A DNA stretch of 59,472 nt from Candidatus Kaiserbacteria bacterium (GTDB lineage Bacteria; Patescibacteriota; Minisyncoccia; Phycocordibacterales; Phycocordibacteraceae), in assembly GCA_026396675.1 (NCBI GenBank), contig JAPLWI010000011.1:1-59472 (forward strand), written 5' to 3'. Both the position numbers and the translations under genes were made by a program. A model generated the notes under the pieces. It saw only the letters and a list, made by a program, of their open reading frames with translations. It was not told where the DNA came from and ran no database searches. Numbering within the stretch: the first letter of the stretch is position 1; every line of letters begins with the position of its first letter. This document shows positions 25,268-34,970 of the stretch, in pieces.

Positions 25268-25941
25268 CAAGGTTTCGTATTAGTCGCGGTTGTCGAGGCG
25301 AATGTGCCTTTTGGAAATTGTTTTTGGAAATCAGCAAGGGAGGTAAAGCCGTAAGAATGTTTACCATTAACGATAAAGGCCGGCAGTGGACCATTAACTT
25401 TCGTGATCGCAATTAGAGTTTTTAATGCACCAAGATTAAGATTGTAATCAAAGGAATACACGCGTAGAGCCGGATAGGTCGTGCGCAAATAAGAAAGCGC
25501 GTAGCCGGCCTTGTCGCAGTCACTGCAGTCGCCAGCATTACTGTAGAAATACAACGCTATAACCGGTTTTGTATGACAAGCGGCGGCAAGTTCTTTAGTG
25601 ATGAGATAATCGCGGATCTCGAGAAGCGAATATTGTTTTTTTAGTTGGACGACTTGCGAATCATTTGTACCAAGTTGGCTTTCGGCATACGAAAGACGTT
25701 CACCCAAATCTGCGAGTTCACCGGTGAGCGTTGTTGAGGAAGCGACGCTATCACAAGGCGCCGCTTCAAGCAATGAGAATTGCGTGTCGAGTGAAAGTGT
25801 ATCGACATAAATCTGATTCTCTATGGTTGATAATTCGGCGATACGCGCATCATTGAGATAATTGATCGTGTAGATAACAGTGCCAGTAATGGCTCCTGCG
25901 ACTAGGAGCGCGATAAGAGAATTGCGGACGAAAATCGACAT
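25267..25941 (-). CDS. Membrane-anchored thioredoxin-like protein (CxxC)
   Basis: N-terminal TM segment, then ALYFYSNAGDCSDCDKAG (CSDC motif) in a Trx-like context. Confidence 0.6.
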   Translation of the reverse strand: MSIFVRNSLIALLVAGAITGTVIYTINYLNDARIAELSTIENQIYVDTLSLDTQFSLLEAAPCDSVASSTTLTGELADLGERLSYAESQLGTNDSQVVQLKKQYSLLEIRDYLITKELAAACHTKPVIALYFYSNAGDCSDCDKAGYALSYLRTTYPALRVYSFDYNLNLGALKTLIAITKVNGPLPAFIVNGKHSYGFTSLADFQKQFPKGTFASTTATNTKP

Positions 25942-25972
25942 AGTACTTGGTTATTATATTTATATTATTTCT

Positions 25973-27235
25973 TTAACGCCACGTCGTGCGTACGCCGAGT
26001 GTCACATCAGAAACTGAACGCATTAACCATAATGGCGCGATGATTCCATAAAGGAGAAGATACAGTACCATACTAAACATAAGTTTCCCAGGCGTTCTTG
26101 ACATGCGCTTGCCCACAATCATCCAACCGAATGTACCAGCGACAATCATTACTCCAAGAAGCGTGAGGACCGTTATAGGTAGATAGAACCATGTAAACGA
26201 TGAATGCCACGAGAGCATATACGAAAGCGGTGCAGCTTGTGTCATAGAGAATGCGTGTATGACATGTCGTATGACCTGAAAAATGCTCAGTAAGAAAAGA
26301 AAAATGCCGCTCACAATCGCTATGATACCGAGCGGCAAGACCAATATTCCAAGAACTGCATTTTTTTTGACGCCGAGTAAATCACGATAATCAAAGAACA
26401 TATTGCGCATGAATCCAGTTGTCCAGCGAACGCGCTGTTTGATGAGTTTGGCGAAGGTTGGAGGACCTTTTGTATATACTCGTGCGCGGATTGCATTACC
26501 GATGTGAAGTCCGGCGCGTTGCATACGCATTGCCATCTCCATATCTTCCGCGAGATACGCATGCTTGAAAAGTCCTATATTTGCGAAAATGAATCGCCGA
26601 TAGAATGAAAAAGGTCCTGGCGTAACATAAAGGCCGTTAATCGACGCAAAAACGTGTCGGAGCGTTATCGCTAGCGAGTATTCCGCATATTGCATGCGTT
26701 GAAGAATCGTACGCGGTTTGTGAATCGACATTGACGCAGTAACTGCGGAAATATGTTTATCATTGAAAGCCGCAACGATCTCGCGCAAGGCATCGGGAGC
26801 AACAAAAGAGTCAGCGTCAAGGAATCCAATAATCTCAGCATCTTTCGCGTATTCTATCCCAAGATTCATAGCAGTGAATTTCCCACCATTCTCCTTATGT
26901 AGTGCGGTGATCTGCGAATGATGAGAAAATCGGTCGATGACTAACGACGTGCCATCAGTTGAACCGTCGTCCACGAGAATAATTGAGAGTTTCTTTTTCG
27001 GATACTCAAGCTCGAGTAATGACTCCACTGTTCCGGCGATCGTGGTCTCTTCGTTCCAACAGGGAACGACAATGGCGACACGCGGAACTTCCATGGCGAA
27101 TGGCTTGATCATCTTTCCTCGGGACGCACGTGCCGGTCCCGAAAGGAAGGTCACTAGTAAAAATGACTCAAAATAGAGCGCGATGAAAAGAAATGGGTAG
27201 GTAAGTACCTGTAGATTCATATAATAATGGCACAA
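25973..27235 (-). CDS. Family 2 glycosyltransferase, membrane-embedded processive type
   Basis: VAIVVPCWNEE...LVDDGSTDGT, FLDADS and QRVRWTTG (QxxRW), with flanking TM helices. Confidence 0.85.
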   Translation of the reverse strand: MCHYYMNLQVLTYPFLFIALYFESFLLVTFLSGPARASRGKMIKPFAMEVPRVAIVVPCWNEETTIAGTVESLLELEYPKKKLSIILVDDGSTDGTSLVIDRFSHHSQITALHKENGGKFTAMNLGIEYAKDAEIIGFLDADSFVAPDALREIVAAFNDKHISAVTASMSIHKPRTILQRMQYAEYSLAITLRHVFASINGLYVTPGPFSFYRRFIFANIGLFKHAYLAEDMEMAMRMQRAGLHIGNAIRARVYTKGPPTFAKLIKQRVRWTTGFMRNMFFDYRDLLGVKKNAVLGILVLPLGIIAIVSGIFLFLLSIFQVIRHVIHAFSMTQAAPLSYMLSWHSSFTWFYLPITVLTLLGVMIVAGTFGWMIVGKRMSRTPGKLMFSMVLYLLLYGIIAPLWLMRSVSDVTLGVRTTWR

Positions 27236-27254
27236 CTATAGCATAAAATGTCCT

Positions 27255-28385
27255 CTAACGAATTATCGCTCCGAAATTTTTAACTGTTGCGGTCTCTAGT
27301 TCTTTATGAAGCGCGTTCACTTCTTCGTTGGTAAGTGTGCGGTCCAAACTGCGATAAGTGATTCGGTATGCGTAACTCACCTTGCCGACACCCAATTTTT
27401 CTTCATTTTCATATTTATCAATGAGTTCCATTTGTTCGGCCGTATCCCCAATGACATCGCGCACCAGATCAAAATAATTATTCGGTTCAAAATCTTTGTT
27501 CACGATAAATGAGATATCGCGAATGATAGACGGGTATTTACTTACCTCTTTAAATTTCGTCCCGAGCCGAAGCTGTTTCTTAACACGGTCGTCATCTGAC
27601 CAAAGAAGACGAATATCTGGAAGTTCCATCGAAATAATCGCAAGTCGTTCAAGACCGAAACCGAATGCCCAGCCATTATATCCCTCAAGACCCATCTTTT
27701 TCAAAACGCTTTTTTTCGGCATTCCGCCACCGAGTATTTCTACCCACTCGTCACCAATTTTAACTTCGACCTGCAAAGAAGGATCCGTATACGGGAAGAT
27801 ATCATCCAAGAAGCGATATTCAGTTTCTTTGCCAAAGACGCTCTGCACGATTTCAGACAGTATGTTTTTTAAGTCATCGAGTACCAAGGTTTTCTCAGAG
27901 TCCGGTACCAAATACCATCCACCCATCTGATGGAAAATATTCATGTGCCGGCGGTCAATTTCGTCTTTGCGATACACTTTTCCGTAACAGAGTGTGCCCA
28001 ACGATTCGCCATTTGCAATGCGCGCCTTAATCTCCGGCTGGTTTAAATAGTAGTACCAGAATACAGTATCGTGCGTGCGCAGGATGTTCTTGTCGTCTGC
28101 ATAATATGTGTCCGAGGTTGAACGTGCTGGGTGGTCGTCGGGGAAGTCGAATAGGTCAAAACTGATGCTCGCAGGCACTATCTCTGGTATTTCAATAACA
28201 TCAAATCCTTTCACTATAGGCAGTTCTTTCACGCGTTTTACGATTTCAGCTATAGGACTTGTGCTGGTTCGTGATAAGTCGGGCATTGCCAAATAACGCT
28301 TCATTCTCGCCGCGTCAACATCGGATCGTGCCTCTAAATCTGCCCGTAATCGTTCCTCCTCCGCCATCGATATTTTGATATCCAT
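27255..28385 (-). CDS. pheS: Phenylalanine-tRNA ligase, single-chain mitochondrial-type (alpha catalytic core + FDX-ACB domain)
   Basis: The class II core has HPARSTSDTYY and GWAFGFGLERLAI. The C-terminal segment YPSIIRDISFIV...YFDLVRDVIGD...LIDKYE...YAYRITYRSLDRTLTNEEVN is an FDX-ACB domain. Confidence 0.85.
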   Translation of the reverse strand: MDIKISMAEEERLRADLEARSDVDAARMKRYLAMPDLSRTSTSPIAEIVKRVKELPIVKGFDVIEIPEIVPASISFDLFDFPDDHPARSTSDTYYADDKNILRTHDTVFWYYYLNQPEIKARIANGESLGTLCYGKVYRKDEIDRRHMNIFHQMGGWYLVPDSEKTLVLDDLKNILSEIVQSVFGKETEYRFLDDIFPYTDPSLQVEVKIGDEWVEILGGGMPKKSVLKKMGLEGYNGWAFGFGLERLAIISMELPDIRLLWSDDDRVKKQLRLGTKFKEVSKYPSIIRDISFIVNKDFEPNNYFDLVRDVIGDTAEQMELIDKYENEEKLGVGKVSYAYRITYRSLDRTLTNEEVNALHKELETATVKNFGAIIR

Positions 28386-28390
28386 AATTG

Positions 28391-28419
28391 TTCCAGAATA
28401 GCATATTTTATGCTACAAT
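28391..28419 (+). promoter_or_regulatory. Candidate gyrB promoter
   Basis: TTCCAG-N17-TACAAT with a TG-containing extended -10 (TGCTACAAT). It overlaps the small inverted repeat TAGCAT-ATTTT-ATGCTA. Confidence 0.45.
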
Positions 28420-28434
28420 ATAGGAAATAACGGT

Positions 28435-30516
28435 ATGGTAAAAATATCTGAAAAAGAGCCTAAAAAGAAGGCCTATGACGCCTCGTCTATTACCGTCCTC
28501 GAAGGGCTCGAGCCGGTGAGAAAGCGCCCTGGAATGTACATCGGTACAACTGGTCCTGACGGTCTCCATCATCTCGTCTCAGAAATATTTGATAACGCAC
28601 GTGATGAAGCAATGGTGGGCAGATGCGACGATATAGAAGTCGCGCTTTTGCCGGATGGTTATGTACGCGTTGCCGATAACGGCAACGGCATTCCTGTAGG
28701 CATCCATCCGAAAACGAAGGTTTCAGCGCTTGAGACCATTATGACGACGCTTCATGCTGGCGGTAAATTTGATAATGAAGCGTACAAGGTATCGGGCGGC
28801 TTGCACGGTGTAGGCGCGTCGGTGGTAAATGCCCTTTCAGAAAAAACGAAAGTGGTCGTGCATCAGGACGGTGGTATGCATATGCAGGAATATAAAATCG
28901 GCAAGCCGCTCGCAAAAGTGAAAAAAATCGGCACCAGTAAAGAACACGGTACCATCGTACTCTTCAAACCGGATATTGAAATTTTCAAAGAAGGCGTCGA
29001 ATTTAATTTGGATAAAATCATAACGCATCTGCGTCAACAGGCATATTTGGTAAAAGGCGTTCGAGTTTCGGTGGTTGATTCACGAACGAACGAAAAAGCA
29101 TTTGAGACAGACACGATTTTTCTTCGTGAACAAAAACTCGGTGTTCCATCAACGACATTCTATTTCGAAGGCGGTTTGAAATCGCTTGTTGCATTCCATA
29201 ACAAACACCAGACACCCATACATAAAAATATTTTTTATGTTGAACGTGAACAGGACAAAGTCACGGTCGAAGTTGCATTCCAATATGTTGATGACATTAC
29301 ATCGAGAATCACCGCTTTTGCGAACAATACCTATAACATCGAAGGTGGTACGCACGTCACTGGCTTTAAAACGGCGCTCACACGCTCTCTGAACACATAC
29401 GGAAGAAACGCAAATATTTTGAAAGAGAAGGACGAGAATTTTACCGGTGATGATGTGCTTGAAGGCATCACAGCTGTCATTTCAGTGAAGCTTCCAGAAA
29501 TTCAATTCGAAGGACAAACTAAAGCGAAGCTCGGTTCGGTCGAGGCACAGGGCGCGGTTGGGACGATTTTCGGCGAAGCTCTCGGTGCTTTTCTTGAAGA
29601 AAATCCGGACGATGCACGCGCGATTATCAATAAAGTTCTTCTAGCGCTTAAATCGCGAAAGGCGGCGAAGGCGGCGAAGGATTCGGTACTACGCAAAGGC
29701 GCGTTGGAAGGGATGACCCTCCCAGGTAAGCTCGCTGACTGTCAGACCAAGAGTGCGGAAGAAGGTGAACTATTTATCGTTGAAGGTGACTCGGCCGGCG
29801 GTTCATCGAAGCAAGGTCGAGATCGTCGCACGCAGGCGATTCTCCCGTTGCGTGGCAAAATCTTGAATGTCGAGCGCGCGCGCCTTGACCGTATGCTCGC
29901 TTCAGTTGAAATTCGCGCGCTTATAGTCGCACTCGGTACAGCTATAGGTGATGTCTTTGATTTATCAAAATTGCGCTATCACAAAATTATAATCGCAACC
30001 GATGCCGATGTTGATGGTGCGCACATTCGTACACTACTTCTCACACTTTTTTACCGTCATTTCCGGCCGGTTATCGATGGTGGTTTTATATATATCGCTC
30101 AGCCGCCACTCTATAAAATCACGAAAGGGAAGGCGATGGCGTATGCGTATTCTGATAAAGAAAAAGAATCGGTGCTGAAAGAATTCGGTATCGCGGCGAA
30201 TGAAGTAGCGGTAGTCAGTGAGGGTGACGAAGTAGAATCAGTAGAAGAAACTGCAGAAGCCGCCTCCGCTGAAGCTACGGCGAGCCAAAGGAAACCAACT
30301 AAGGTAAATATTCAGCGCTATAAAGGTCTCGGCGAAATGAATCCGAGCGAGCTCTGGGAGACGACGATGAATCCGGCGCGGCGCGTGCTGAAGCGCGTGA
30401 ATGTTGAAGATGCCGAAGCAGCTGACCGCATTTTTGACATTCTCATGGGCACCGACGTCGCCGCACGCAAGTCCTTCATCCAATCAAACGCGAAATTGGC
30501 GACAGTGGATTTATAA
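28435..30516 (+). CDS. gyrB: DNA gyrase subunit B
   Basis: YDASSITVLEGLEPVRKRPGMYIG, GGLHGVGASVVNALS, EGDSAGGS, PLRGKILNVE, KGLGEMNP. Confidence 0.97.
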   Translation: MVKISEKEPKKKAYDASSITVLEGLEPVRKRPGMYIGTTGPDGLHHLVSEIFDNARDEAMVGRCDDIEVALLPDGYVRVADNGNGIPVGIHPKTKVSALETIMTTLHAGGKFDNEAYKVSGGLHGVGASVVNALSEKTKVVVHQDGGMHMQEYKIGKPLAKVKKIGTSKEHGTIVLFKPDIEIFKEGVEFNLDKIITHLRQQAYLVKGVRVSVVDSRTNEKAFETDTIFLREQKLGVPSTTFYFEGGLKSLVAFHNKHQTPIHKNIFYVEREQDKVTVEVAFQYVDDITSRITAFANNTYNIEGGTHVTGFKTALTRSLNTYGRNANILKEKDENFTGDDVLEGITAVISVKLPEIQFEGQTKAKLGSVEAQGAVGTIFGEALGAFLEENPDDARAIINKVLLALKSRKAAKAAKDSVLRKGALEGMTLPGKLADCQTKSAEEGELFIVEGDSAGGSSKQGRDRRTQAILPLRGKILNVERARLDRMLASVEIRALIVALGTAIGDVFDLSKLRYHKIIIATDADVDGAHIRTLLLTLFYRHFRPVIDGGFIYIAQPPLYKITKGKAMAYAYSDKEKESVLKEFGIAANEVAVVSEGDEVESVEETAEAASAEATASQRKPTKVNIQRYKGLGEMNPSELWETTMNPARRVLKRVNVEDAEAADRIFDILMGTDVAARKSFIQSNAKLATVDL

Positions 30517-30529
30517 TTTCTTGAGAAAA

Positions 30530-30546
30530 GGGAAGTCTGACTTCCC
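30530..30546. terminator. Short hairpin between convergent gyrB and thrS
   Basis: GGGAAGTC-T-GACTTCCC flanked by A/T runs. Weak as a terminator. Confidence 0.35.
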
Positions 30547-31793
30547 TATTTACGCGTTTTGATTTCTTCGGTCGCGCGGGATATAAAGTTGGCGAGCGAA
30601 GTGATGTCTAGTTTGCCCGCATCACGACTCTCAATTGAAACAGTTTTTGATTCGGCTTCTTTATCACCGACGACGATGAGATAGGGAATTTTTTCCATCT
30701 TCGCAGAGCGGATTTTTTTACCAAGGGTTTCGTTTGAGTCGTCAACTTCAACGCGGATATTTTCTGCCTTCAGTCCATCAGTAACTTCCTGCGCGTATTT
30801 TGCGTGTTTCTCCGATACGCTCAACACCTTGGTCTGCACCGGCGAGAGCCAGAGCGGCAACACCCCAGCTGTGTGTTCAAGAAGAACGGCAGCAAAGCGT
30901 TCGATAGAACCCATAATCGCTGAGTGAATCATAACGACCCGTTCACGCTCTCCTTTTTCATTTATACACACTAGGTCAAAACGTTCAGGCATATTGAAAT
31001 CAAGCTGGACAGTCGCCACTTGATGTTGGCGGCCTATAGAATCGGTGGCGAGAAAGTCGAGCTTCGGTCCGTAAAGCGCAGCTTCGCCAGGCGCTTCAAA
31101 CGAATCGGTACCGCGTCCAGAAGCGATTTCTCGCAGGGCATCTTCTGCCTTCTTCCAAATTTCTGGCGTACCAAGATATTTTTCTGGTGTCTTCGGATCG
31201 TGGAATGAGAGGCGTACTTTAAGTTCTGTGAACCCAAACTTTTTATAAAATGTATCAATAATGTCCCAGATCTTTAAGAACTCATCTTTAATTTGTGAAG
31301 TGCGGCAGAATACGTGACTGTCATCTTGAGTAATTGAAAGAACGCGAGTGAGACCATTTAATTCGCCTGACTGCTCATCACGATATACCATCGTCGTTTC
31401 CGCATATCTCTGTGGCATTTCACGATACGAGTGCGGTTTGCGATCAAAAATCTGAGTATGATGTGGGCAACTCATTGGCTTGAGTGCATACTCGCGTTCA
31501 TCTCGGGATTCTATTTTGAAAAGGTCGTCGGAGAATTTCTGCCAGTGTCCTGACTTCTCGTACAACTCACGCTTCGTTATATGCGGAATAGTGACGCGTT
31601 GATAATCGTATTTGGAACGCAATTCCCATACAAATCGATCAAGTTCTTGACGAAGAATGGTGCCCTTCGGTGTCCAGAGAGGAAGGCCAGAGCCAACTAA
31701 TTCGGAGAAAGTAAATAAATCAAGTTCTTTGCCGAGCTTCTTATGGTCTCGTTCTTTATCATCCATATTTACAGAATATATCACATTTCTCAA
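30546..31793 (-). CDS. thrS: Threonine-tRNA ligase, catalytic + anticodon-binding domains only (no TGS or editing domain)
   Basis: It starts at ...RDHKKLGKELDLF, which is the beginning of the class II core in full-length ThrRS. Also GHWQKFSDDLF and PLWLSPVQ. Total length is 415 aa. Confidence 0.9.
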   Translation of the reverse strand: MRNVIYSVNMDDKERDHKKLGKELDLFTFSELVGSGLPLWTPKGTILRQELDRFVWELRSKYDYQRVTIPHITKRELYEKSGHWQKFSDDLFKIESRDEREYALKPMSCPHHTQIFDRKPHSYREMPQRYAETTMVYRDEQSGELNGLTRVLSITQDDSHVFCRTSQIKDEFLKIWDIIDTFYKKFGFTELKVRLSFHDPKTPEKYLGTPEIWKKAEDALREIASGRGTDSFEAPGEAALYGPKLDFLATDSIGRQHQVATVQLDFNMPERFDLVCINEKGERERVVMIHSAIMGSIERFAAVLLEHTAGVLPLWLSPVQTKVLSVSEKHAKYAQEVTDGLKAENIRVEVDDSNETLGKKIRSAKMEKIPYLIVVGDKEAESKTVSIESRDAGKLDITSLANFISRATEEIKTRK

Positions 31794-34700
31794 AGCACCT
31801 TAAGTTCTTCTATCGCAATTGATGGTTCGCCATTCCTGACTGAGACCTTACCCTTCGCGAGGAGACACTCGCCCGAAACGAACGTCTTTGCATGTTCTTT
31901 GAAAAGTTTCGGGAAGACGACCGCCTCAATTGAACCGGTCATATCGCCTAATTTAAGGAATGCCATTTTTTCTCCGCTCTTGGTGAGAATACTGCGCACT
32001 GAAATAACGAGAACCGGTACAATAACTGGCATCCCCGGTTGCGGTTCCGTGATAATTTTTGCAATTGTAATCTTCGCCTTCGCGAGCAGTGTTGCGTATG
32101 CTTCAAGCGGATGGCCGCTCACATAAATACCAAGCAATTCTTTTTCCCACGCAAGTTTATTGAGAAGCGAAGCAGATTTCCCTTGTCGGAGGGTAAGCGA
32201 AGATTCCGAGCCAAGCGAGGAACCAAAGAGAGAGTCCTGTGGCGCCTGCGCGGTCGCTTCACGATGAAATGCGAGCAGCGTTTCAACATTTTCTAGAAGA
32301 GTTCCTCGTTCGCCAAGAGAATCTAACGCACCACATTTGATCAAGGATTCGAGCGATTTGCGATTGAGGTTTTTCGAACTAATTCTGGAGAGGAATTCTG
32401 GAAGCGTTTTGAATTGTCCATGTGTTTTTCGTTCTTCGATAATCGCTTCTGAAATGCCGTCACCGAAGTTTTTAATTGAAGAAAGCCCGAAACGAATTGC
32501 ATCTTCACTCACGACAGTGAACGCCGTGCCACTTTCATTCACGTCAGGCGGTAAAATTTTGATGCCCATTCGAGAGGCCTCGGCTACGAAGATTGCGATT
32601 TGTTCAGTATCGCCCGAGTCGGCGGTCAGAAGAGAGGCGACATACTCAACCGGATAATTCGCTTTCATATATGCGGTTTGGTAGGCAACCAGCCCGTAAG
32701 ATGCTGAATGCGCCTTGTTGAATCCATATGCGGCGAATGGCTCAATCCAATCCCATACCTTTCTGGCTTTGGGTGGTGGCCATCCCGAGTGCGAGATGCA
32801 TCCTTCTATGAATTTATCTTTTTGCTTCTGCATTTCTGCTGGAATTTTTTTGCCGACCGCTTTACGGAATTTGTCTACTTCGCCCCAAGAATATTTAGCG
32901 AACTCATGCGCCATGATCAGGAGGTCGTCTTGATAAACTAGGATGCCGTAGGTCTGTTTCAAAATTGGCTCCATTGCAGGATCAAGATAGGTGATGAGTT
33001 TTGGATTGTGTTTTCGCTCAATGTATTGAGGTATAAATTGCATTGGCCCAGGACGATAAAGAGCGACCATCGCGTTAATGTCGTGGATTGTTGTTGGCCG
33101 GAGCTCTTTCAGCCAACGAGTCATTCCGGAACCATTTAGTTGAAACACTCCTTCGGTCTCACCGCGCGCGAGCATCTCGAATGTTTTTGTGTCATCAATT
33201 GGAATACTTTCAATATCAATAGCTATACCTTGCGTCTCTTTAACTCGTGCGATTGTATCCGCAAGAATAGAAAGATTTTTGATGCCTAGGAAATCGAATT
33301 TAGTGAGTCCAACGCCATCCTCACCAACAGAATACATATCGTACTGTGTAATGATTTTACCTGTGCCTTTTGGGTCAGGCTGTATCGGCGTCCAATCAAC
33401 GACTGGTGTCGGCGCAATTACGACGCCAGCGGCGTGTACGCCAACATGTCGTACGCAGCCTTCGATGCGTTTCGCAACATTAATAATCTCTCGTGTGTCG
33501 TCATCCTCGTCATACAGCGTTTTCAAATCCGGTTCCAATTCAAGCGCGTGATCAATCGTCATCGGGAATCCCTGCGAGCCGATTGGGATGAGTTTCGCGA
33601 TGCGATCGCCAGTGTTGTATGAATGGCCGAGAGCACGTGCGACGTCGCGAACAGCGGCACGCGCCATCATTGTGCCGAATGTACCGATCTGTGCGACATG
33701 GTCATCCCCGTATTTTTCACGCGCATATTCGATGACTTCATCACGACGATTGTCAGCAAAATCCATGTCTATATCCGGTGCCGAAGGACGTTCAGGGTTG
33801 AGGAATCGTTCAAACGGTATTTTATATTCCAGAGGGTCTATCTTAGTGATTCGCAGTAAGTAAGTAGCCATTGATCCTGCCACCGACCCGCGGATGTTGG
33901 TATAAATATTTCGTTCGCGCGCAAAGCGAACAAGGTCTTCTACAACAAGAAAGTATGCCGCGTAACCCTTTAGTTTAATGATGTTTAGCTCATATTCGAG
34001 ACGTTCTAGGACATCTTTTCGGTCGTCTAGTCTGCGCACCTTGATGCCATCGAGGCACAATTCATGCAAGACTTCATCAGCAGTTTTCCCAGTTGGAAGA
34101 GGAAAATTCGGGAATACGAATTTCCCAAGAGTGAGTTCTACATTACAGCGTTCAGCGATTAAGCCAGAATTCGTTATCGCTTCTGGAATATCGGAGAAAA
34201 ATTTCTCGGCAGTTTTTTCGCTTATGAAAGAGAAATCCTCGTCTTCATTTTTCCCACGCGCGCCATGCTGAATGCGCCGCATAATCTCGGTTGCCTCGCG
34301 ATCGTCGGGCTCCAGATAATACACATCATTTTGAGCGACGAGCGGAGTATTACTTTCTCGCGCGAGTGCTACGATTTTTTTCATTCGTGTTTCGTGTCCA
34401 GCGACTCGTGGGTGGTGTGTAATTTCAAGGAAAACGTTTCCTTCACCGAATATTTGTTTGAATTCCGCGAGCGCCGCCGCGGCGCCATTAGCATCGTCTG
34501 CCCGCAAAAGTTGTGCAACATCACCAGCGAAGGACGGCAGAATCGCGATGAGACCATTGTGATACTCGCGCAAAAGTTCTTTATCAAGACGTGGCCGCTC
34601 AAAAAATCCTTCCGTCCACGATTTCGTCACGAGTACGAGCAGATTTTTATAGCCCAAATTATTTTCTGCGAGAAGTACAATGCGTGAACGTTTCGCGTCA

Positions 34701-34948
34701 ATGTCTCGATCCTTATCGTGCCGCGAACGCGGTGCGAGATACGCATCAACGCCGAGAATCGGTTTTATTCCCGCATTGATTGCGGCTTTGTAGAATTCGA
34801 TGGCGCCGTGCATATTGCCGGCGTCGGTAAGTGCAAGCGCATCCATACCTTCCTTCCTCGCTTTTTCAACCAACTCCTCTACCTTTGGCAATGCTTGTAA
34901 AAAGGAATAATGGCTGTGAGTGTGAAGGTGGATGAATCGGCTCGCCAT
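31790..34948 (-). CDS. dnaE: DNA polymerase III alpha subunit
   Basis: FIHLHTHSHYSFLQ (PHP domain), the polymerase core, and a C-terminal OB fold. ATG 34948 is preferred; the ORF track extends to a GTG at 34981. The stop overlaps the thrS start. Confidence 0.95.
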   Translation of the reverse strand: MASRFIHLHTHSHYSFLQALPKVEELVEKARKEGMDALALTDAGNMHGAIEFYKAAINAGIKPILGVDAYLAPRSRHDKDRDIDAKRSRIVLLAENNLGYKNLLVLVTKSWTEGFFERPRLDKELLREYHNGLIAILPSFAGDVAQLLRADDANGAAAALAEFKQIFGEGNVFLEITHHPRVAGHETRMKKIVALARESNTPLVAQNDVYYLEPDDREATEIMRRIQHGARGKNEDEDFSFISEKTAEKFFSDIPEAITNSGLIAERCNVELTLGKFVFPNFPLPTGKTADEVLHELCLDGIKVRRLDDRKDVLERLEYELNIIKLKGYAAYFLVVEDLVRFARERNIYTNIRGSVAGSMATYLLRITKIDPLEYKIPFERFLNPERPSAPDIDMDFADNRRDEVIEYAREKYGDDHVAQIGTFGTMMARAAVRDVARALGHSYNTGDRIAKLIPIGSQGFPMTIDHALELEPDLKTLYDEDDDTREIINVAKRIEGCVRHVGVHAAGVVIAPTPVVDWTPIQPDPKGTGKIITQYDMYSVGEDGVGLTKFDFLGIKNLSILADTIARVKETQGIAIDIESIPIDDTKTFEMLARGETEGVFQLNGSGMTRWLKELRPTTIHDINAMVALYRPGPMQFIPQYIERKHNPKLITYLDPAMEPILKQTYGILVYQDDLLIMAHEFAKYSWGEVDKFRKAVGKKIPAEMQKQKDKFIEGCISHSGWPPPKARKVWDWIEPFAAYGFNKAHSASYGLVAYQTAYMKANYPVEYVASLLTADSGDTEQIAIFVAEASRMGIKILPPDVNESGTAFTVVSEDAIRFGLSSIKNFGDGISEAIIEERKTHGQFKTLPEFLSRISSKNLNRKSLESLIKCGALDSLGERGTLLENVETLLAFHREATAQAPQDSLFGSSLGSESSLTLRQGKSASLLNKLAWEKELLGIYVSGHPLEAYATLLAKAKITIAKIITEPQPGMPVIVPVLVISVRSILTKSGEKMAFLKLGDMTGSIEAVVFPKLFKEHAKTFVSGECLLAKGKVSVRNGEPSIAIEELKVL

Positions 34949-34970
34949 TGGCACAGTATATACTTTCTTA

